A stretch of 64,000 nt of DNA from Phycisphaerales bacterium (GTDB lineage Bacteria > Planctomycetota > Phycisphaerae > Phycisphaerales > Phycisphaeraceae): contig JAWKTA010000009.1 of assembly GCA_041402025.1 (NCBI GenBank), positions 32,574-96,573 of the forward strand. Direction: 5' to 3'. Of the stretch, positions 61,481-64,000 are shown piece after piece. How positions within the stretch are numbered: the stretch's first letter is position 1; every line of letters starts with the position of its first letter. The notes beneath the pieces were generated by a model. The model was not told the origin of the DNA and did no database searches. It worked only from the letters and a program-made list of their open reading frames with translations. Position numbers and translations under genes: made by a program.

Positions 61481-62929
61481 TCACACCTGCGTCTTGAGCC
61501 AGCCACCCTGGAAGAAACGTGCGGCGAACATCAGGCCGCGCATCACCATCTCCGTACACAGCCCGTACCACACACCGACCAGGCCCATGTCCAGGTAGAC
61601 CCCGAACAGGTACACCAGCGGCAGGCGGAACAGGAACAGGCTCAGGTACCCGATGATCATGGTCGAGCGGGTGTCGCCCGCGCCCTTGATCGCCGAGCTG
61701 AGCACGATATACAGCGCAAACATCGGCTGGACCCAGCCGCAGACGAACAGGAGCTGCGGCACCAGTTCGCGGTGGATCGGTACGGGTGAAAACAGCGCGA
61801 TCAGCTTGTCGCCCAGCGTCAGGAACACCAGGCCGCTTAACGACATCGTCGCGACCGCAACACCGCAACAGAACAAGGCCGACCGCCTCGCCATGCGTGG
61901 ATCGTTCGCGCCCAGGTACTGCCCGACGAGGATCGAAGCAGCGCCCGCCAGCGCCAGCCCGGGCAGGAAGCTGGCGGACTCGATGCGCACCGCCCACATG
62001 TGTGAGCCGAGCATCCCGTTCGTCGCCAGGCGTCCGATGATGATGATGACCAGGAAGTTGCCACCCCAGATAACCAGGCCCTCGGCGAGCTGGGGGATGG
62101 CGACGCGGATGATCCGCTTGGCCGTGTGCCAGTGGGGCTTGAGCCGTGCCGGGCGCAGCCGGATCAGCCGGTTGCCCCGGAACAGCACGAACAAGGTCAG
62201 GATGGCGCCAACGACCCAGGCCACCGCCGTGCCCGCCGCGATCCCCGCCACCCCGTGCCCACCGACAGGCTCCGGCCCATACACGAACAGCAGGCTAAAG
62301 ACGACGTTGACGATGTTCACCATCACGACGACGAAGAAGGGCGTGCGCGTGTCCCCGGCGGCGCGCAGGCAAGCGCCGCCTACAAACAGCAGCGAACTCA
62401 TCGGCGCGGCGATCGAGATGATCCGCAGGTACATCACGCACAGCCCGTGCGCCCGGCCGTCCACACCGACGATCTGGGCGATCGGCCCGGCCGCAGTATA
62501 GAGGAACACCCCGAAAACCAGGCCGACGCCCAGCGCCAGCAGGATCGCCTGCCCAAGCGCCGCGTTGGCAAGACGTTTGTGCCGCCCACCGATCGCACGC
62601 GAGACCAGCGCCGATGCGCCCACGCCGACCGACCCCATCATCAGGCCCATCAGCCAGTTCACGTAGCCCGCCACACCCAGCGCATCGTTCGCCGCAACCG
62701 CCAGGTCCTCGGGCTTGAGCCACGCCGCCAGCCACAGGTCCACCGTCCCGACCAGGAACGCCATCACCTGTTCAAGCAGCGGCCAGATCGCCAGCACCCA
62801 GACCTGCTTGCGCAGCGACATCCCGCCCAGCCGGCCGCCGAGCGTCTTAGGCAACGCCGGGGCCGGCGCAGACGCCGCCACGGCTACCGCATCGTTTTGT
62901 TCCTCGGGGGTCCGGCGCATGGGCGGCAT
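61481..62929 (-). CDS. MATE-family efflux transporter
   Basis: About 12 predicted TM segments with two-fold internal symmetry and GAGDTRTPFFV / GAGDTRSTMII motifs. Confidence 0.8.
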   Translation of the reverse strand: MPPMRRTPEEQNDAVAVAASAPAPALPKTLGGRLGGMSLRKQVWVLAIWPLLEQVMAFLVGTVDLWLAAWLKPEDLAVAANDALGVAGYVNWLMGLMMGSVGVGASALVSRAIGGRHKRLANAALGQAILLALGVGLVFGVFLYTAAGPIAQIVGVDGRAHGLCVMYLRIISIAAPMSSLLFVGGACLRAAGDTRTPFFVVVMVNIVNVVFSLLFVYGPEPVGGHGVAGIAAGTAVAWVVGAILTLFVLFRGNRLIRLRPARLKPHWHTAKRIIRVAIPQLAEGLVIWGGNFLVIIIIGRLATNGMLGSHMWAVRIESASFLPGLALAGAASILVGQYLGANDPRMARRSALFCCGVAVATMSLSGLVFLTLGDKLIALFSPVPIHRELVPQLLFVCGWVQPMFALYIVLSSAIKGAGDTRSTMIIGYLSLFLFRLPLVYLFGVYLDMGLVGVWYGLCTEMVMRGLMFAARFFQGGWLKTQV

Positions 62930-63044
62930 TGTAGGCGCATCAATCCCGACTCGTAACGCCCTGACGCAATATCAATGATGCGTGCCGGGGCCGGATCCCA
63001 ACAACCGATAGCCCGACCGACCCACGCAGGATAAACTCAGGTCC

Positions 63045-63558
63045 ATGCGATTGGCCGATTGCGATGAAACCTATAGCGACGCGATCCTCACCATCCTCAA
63101 CCGCGCGATCACCACCTCCACCGCCGTGTACGACTACCAGCCCCGGACGGCCGAGATAATGGCGGCGTGGTTCGAGAGCAAACGGCAGGGGGGATACCCC
63201 GTGATCGGCGCGCTGACCGAATCCGGCGACCTGATGGGTTTCGCCAGCTACGGCAAGTTCCGGCCGTGGCCCGCGTACAAGTACACGGTCGAGCATTCGC
63301 TGTATGTCGCCGAGCACTACCGGGGGCTGGGGGTGGGCAAACAGCTGCTGGCGGAAACCATCACCACGCTAAGCTCAGGACTACCGCACTTCGTCGGAGC
63401 GATCGACTCAAAGCACGGCCAGCATCCGGCTACACGAGTCACAAGACTTTAAGCTCGTGGGCACGATGCCGCAGGTCGGGTTCAAGTTTGACCGGTGGCT
63501 GGACCTGTGCCTGTATCAACGCGTGCTCGATACGCCCGCCACACCGGCGGACGGCTGA
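63045..63558 (+). pseudogene. GNAT N-acetyltransferase (phosphinothricin-acetyltransferase-like) with one frameshift at an A-run near 63409-63412
   Basis: ORF 63045..63452 gives ...VEHSLYVAEHYRGLGVGKQLL...FVGAIDS and then a non-homologous tail. The next frame reads STASIRLHESQDFKLVGTMPQVGFKFDRWLDLCLYQRVLDTPATPADG, with the stop at 63556-63558. Confidence 0.75.
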
Positions 63559-63689
63559 GACAAAACACGCCCATACCGCCTGTTTAGCCCTAAAAACGCC
63601 ACAACTTTGCCCGCGGCCCGGACCGGCCCTAGACTGCACGGCAGGCAACGATTTTTCAATCAACCTCGCGACCAGGCGGCCCCCACCCT

Positions 63690-64000
63690 ATGAGCACGAC
63701 CATGACGCCCACGACCCACAAGCCGGCCGGCACCGACCAAATCCCGGCCGACCGCTTCGCCCACCGACACGTCGGCCCGACCGGCGCGGACATCAAGGCC
63801 ATGCTCGAACTGATCGGCTGCGCGTCGCTCGACGAACTGATCGACCAGACCGTGCCCGCCGACATCCGCCTCAAGCGGCCGCTGAACCTCGACAAGCCGC
63901 AAAGCGAATACGACACGCTCGCCCGCCTGCGCGAACTCGCCGACCAGAACACCGTCGCACGGTCCATGATCGGCATGGGGTACCACGGCACGATCACCCC
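63690..64000 (+). CDS. gcvP: glycine dehydrogenase (decarboxylating) N-terminus; 3' end outside the window
   Basis: My own translation from the ATG at 63690: ...DRFAHRHVGPTGADIKAMLELIGCASLDELIDQTVPADIRLKRPLNL...SEYDTLARLRELADQNTVARSMIGMGYHGTIT. It is absent from the ORF track because no stop falls within the window. Confidence 0.85.
   Translation, partial: MSTTMTPTTHKPAGTDQIPADRFAHRHVGPTGADIKAMLELIGCASLDELIDQTVPADIRLKRPLNLDKPQSEYDTLARLRELADQNTVARSMIGMGYHGTIT

Noticed and set aside
63559-63689. Possible glycine riboswitch upstream of gcvP
   Set aside because: I looked for the conserved GGAGAG...CACCG...CUCAGGCAA-type elements and found none in the 130-nt leader.

Overview
This is a high-GC bacterial chromosome segment, tightly packed with genes and containing a visibly lower-GC stretch between about 29.4 and 45 kb. 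Several features point to Planctomycetota, possibly Phycisphaerae-like. This placement is an inference from gene content only. The features are many PEP-CTERM tails preceded by paired dockerin-like Ca-binding repeats, prepilin-type N-termini followed by a C-terminal H-X9-DG motif (DUF1559-type), and a planctomycete-type ECF sigma factor paired with a Ser/Thr kinase.

Core genes include a thiolase (5' end outside the window), a class-III aminotransferase, ruvA, trxB, amtB-glnK, pepC, atpD, a ParA-like ATPase, a MATE pump and gcvP (3' end outside the window).

Accessory content:
- A four-gene operon with three SPFH paralogs and a half-size ABC-F-like ATPase.
- A P1B metal ATPase.
- An ArsR-headed cluster of small stress-type genes with a textbook promoter, a palindromic operator and an apparently leaderless start.
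- A tRNA-Gly(GCC) followed by a lower-GC block carrying an adhesin-like pseudogene and an ECF sigma/Ser-Thr kinase pair.
- An ECF sigma/anti-sigma pair placed divergently to a Cus-like metal efflux operon, with matching ECF-type promoters on both sides.
- A tandem array of three DUF1559 genes, two of them decayed.

The most interesting signal is a well-supported cobalamin riboswitch on the minus strand (about 28760-29015). It precedes a secreted dockerin-repeat protein with no recognisable function. That ORF then runs, without a stop codon, into a 3' fragment of alaS that has the editing and C-Ala domains but no catalytic core.

At least nine genes carry reading-frame breaks. Where the change could be localised it is a 1-nt difference, in several cases at a short homopolymer, and the breaks are strongly clustered in accessory genes. 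This could be real decay or indel error and cannot be resolved from the sequence alone.

I found no rRNA, CRISPR array, transposase or integrase.
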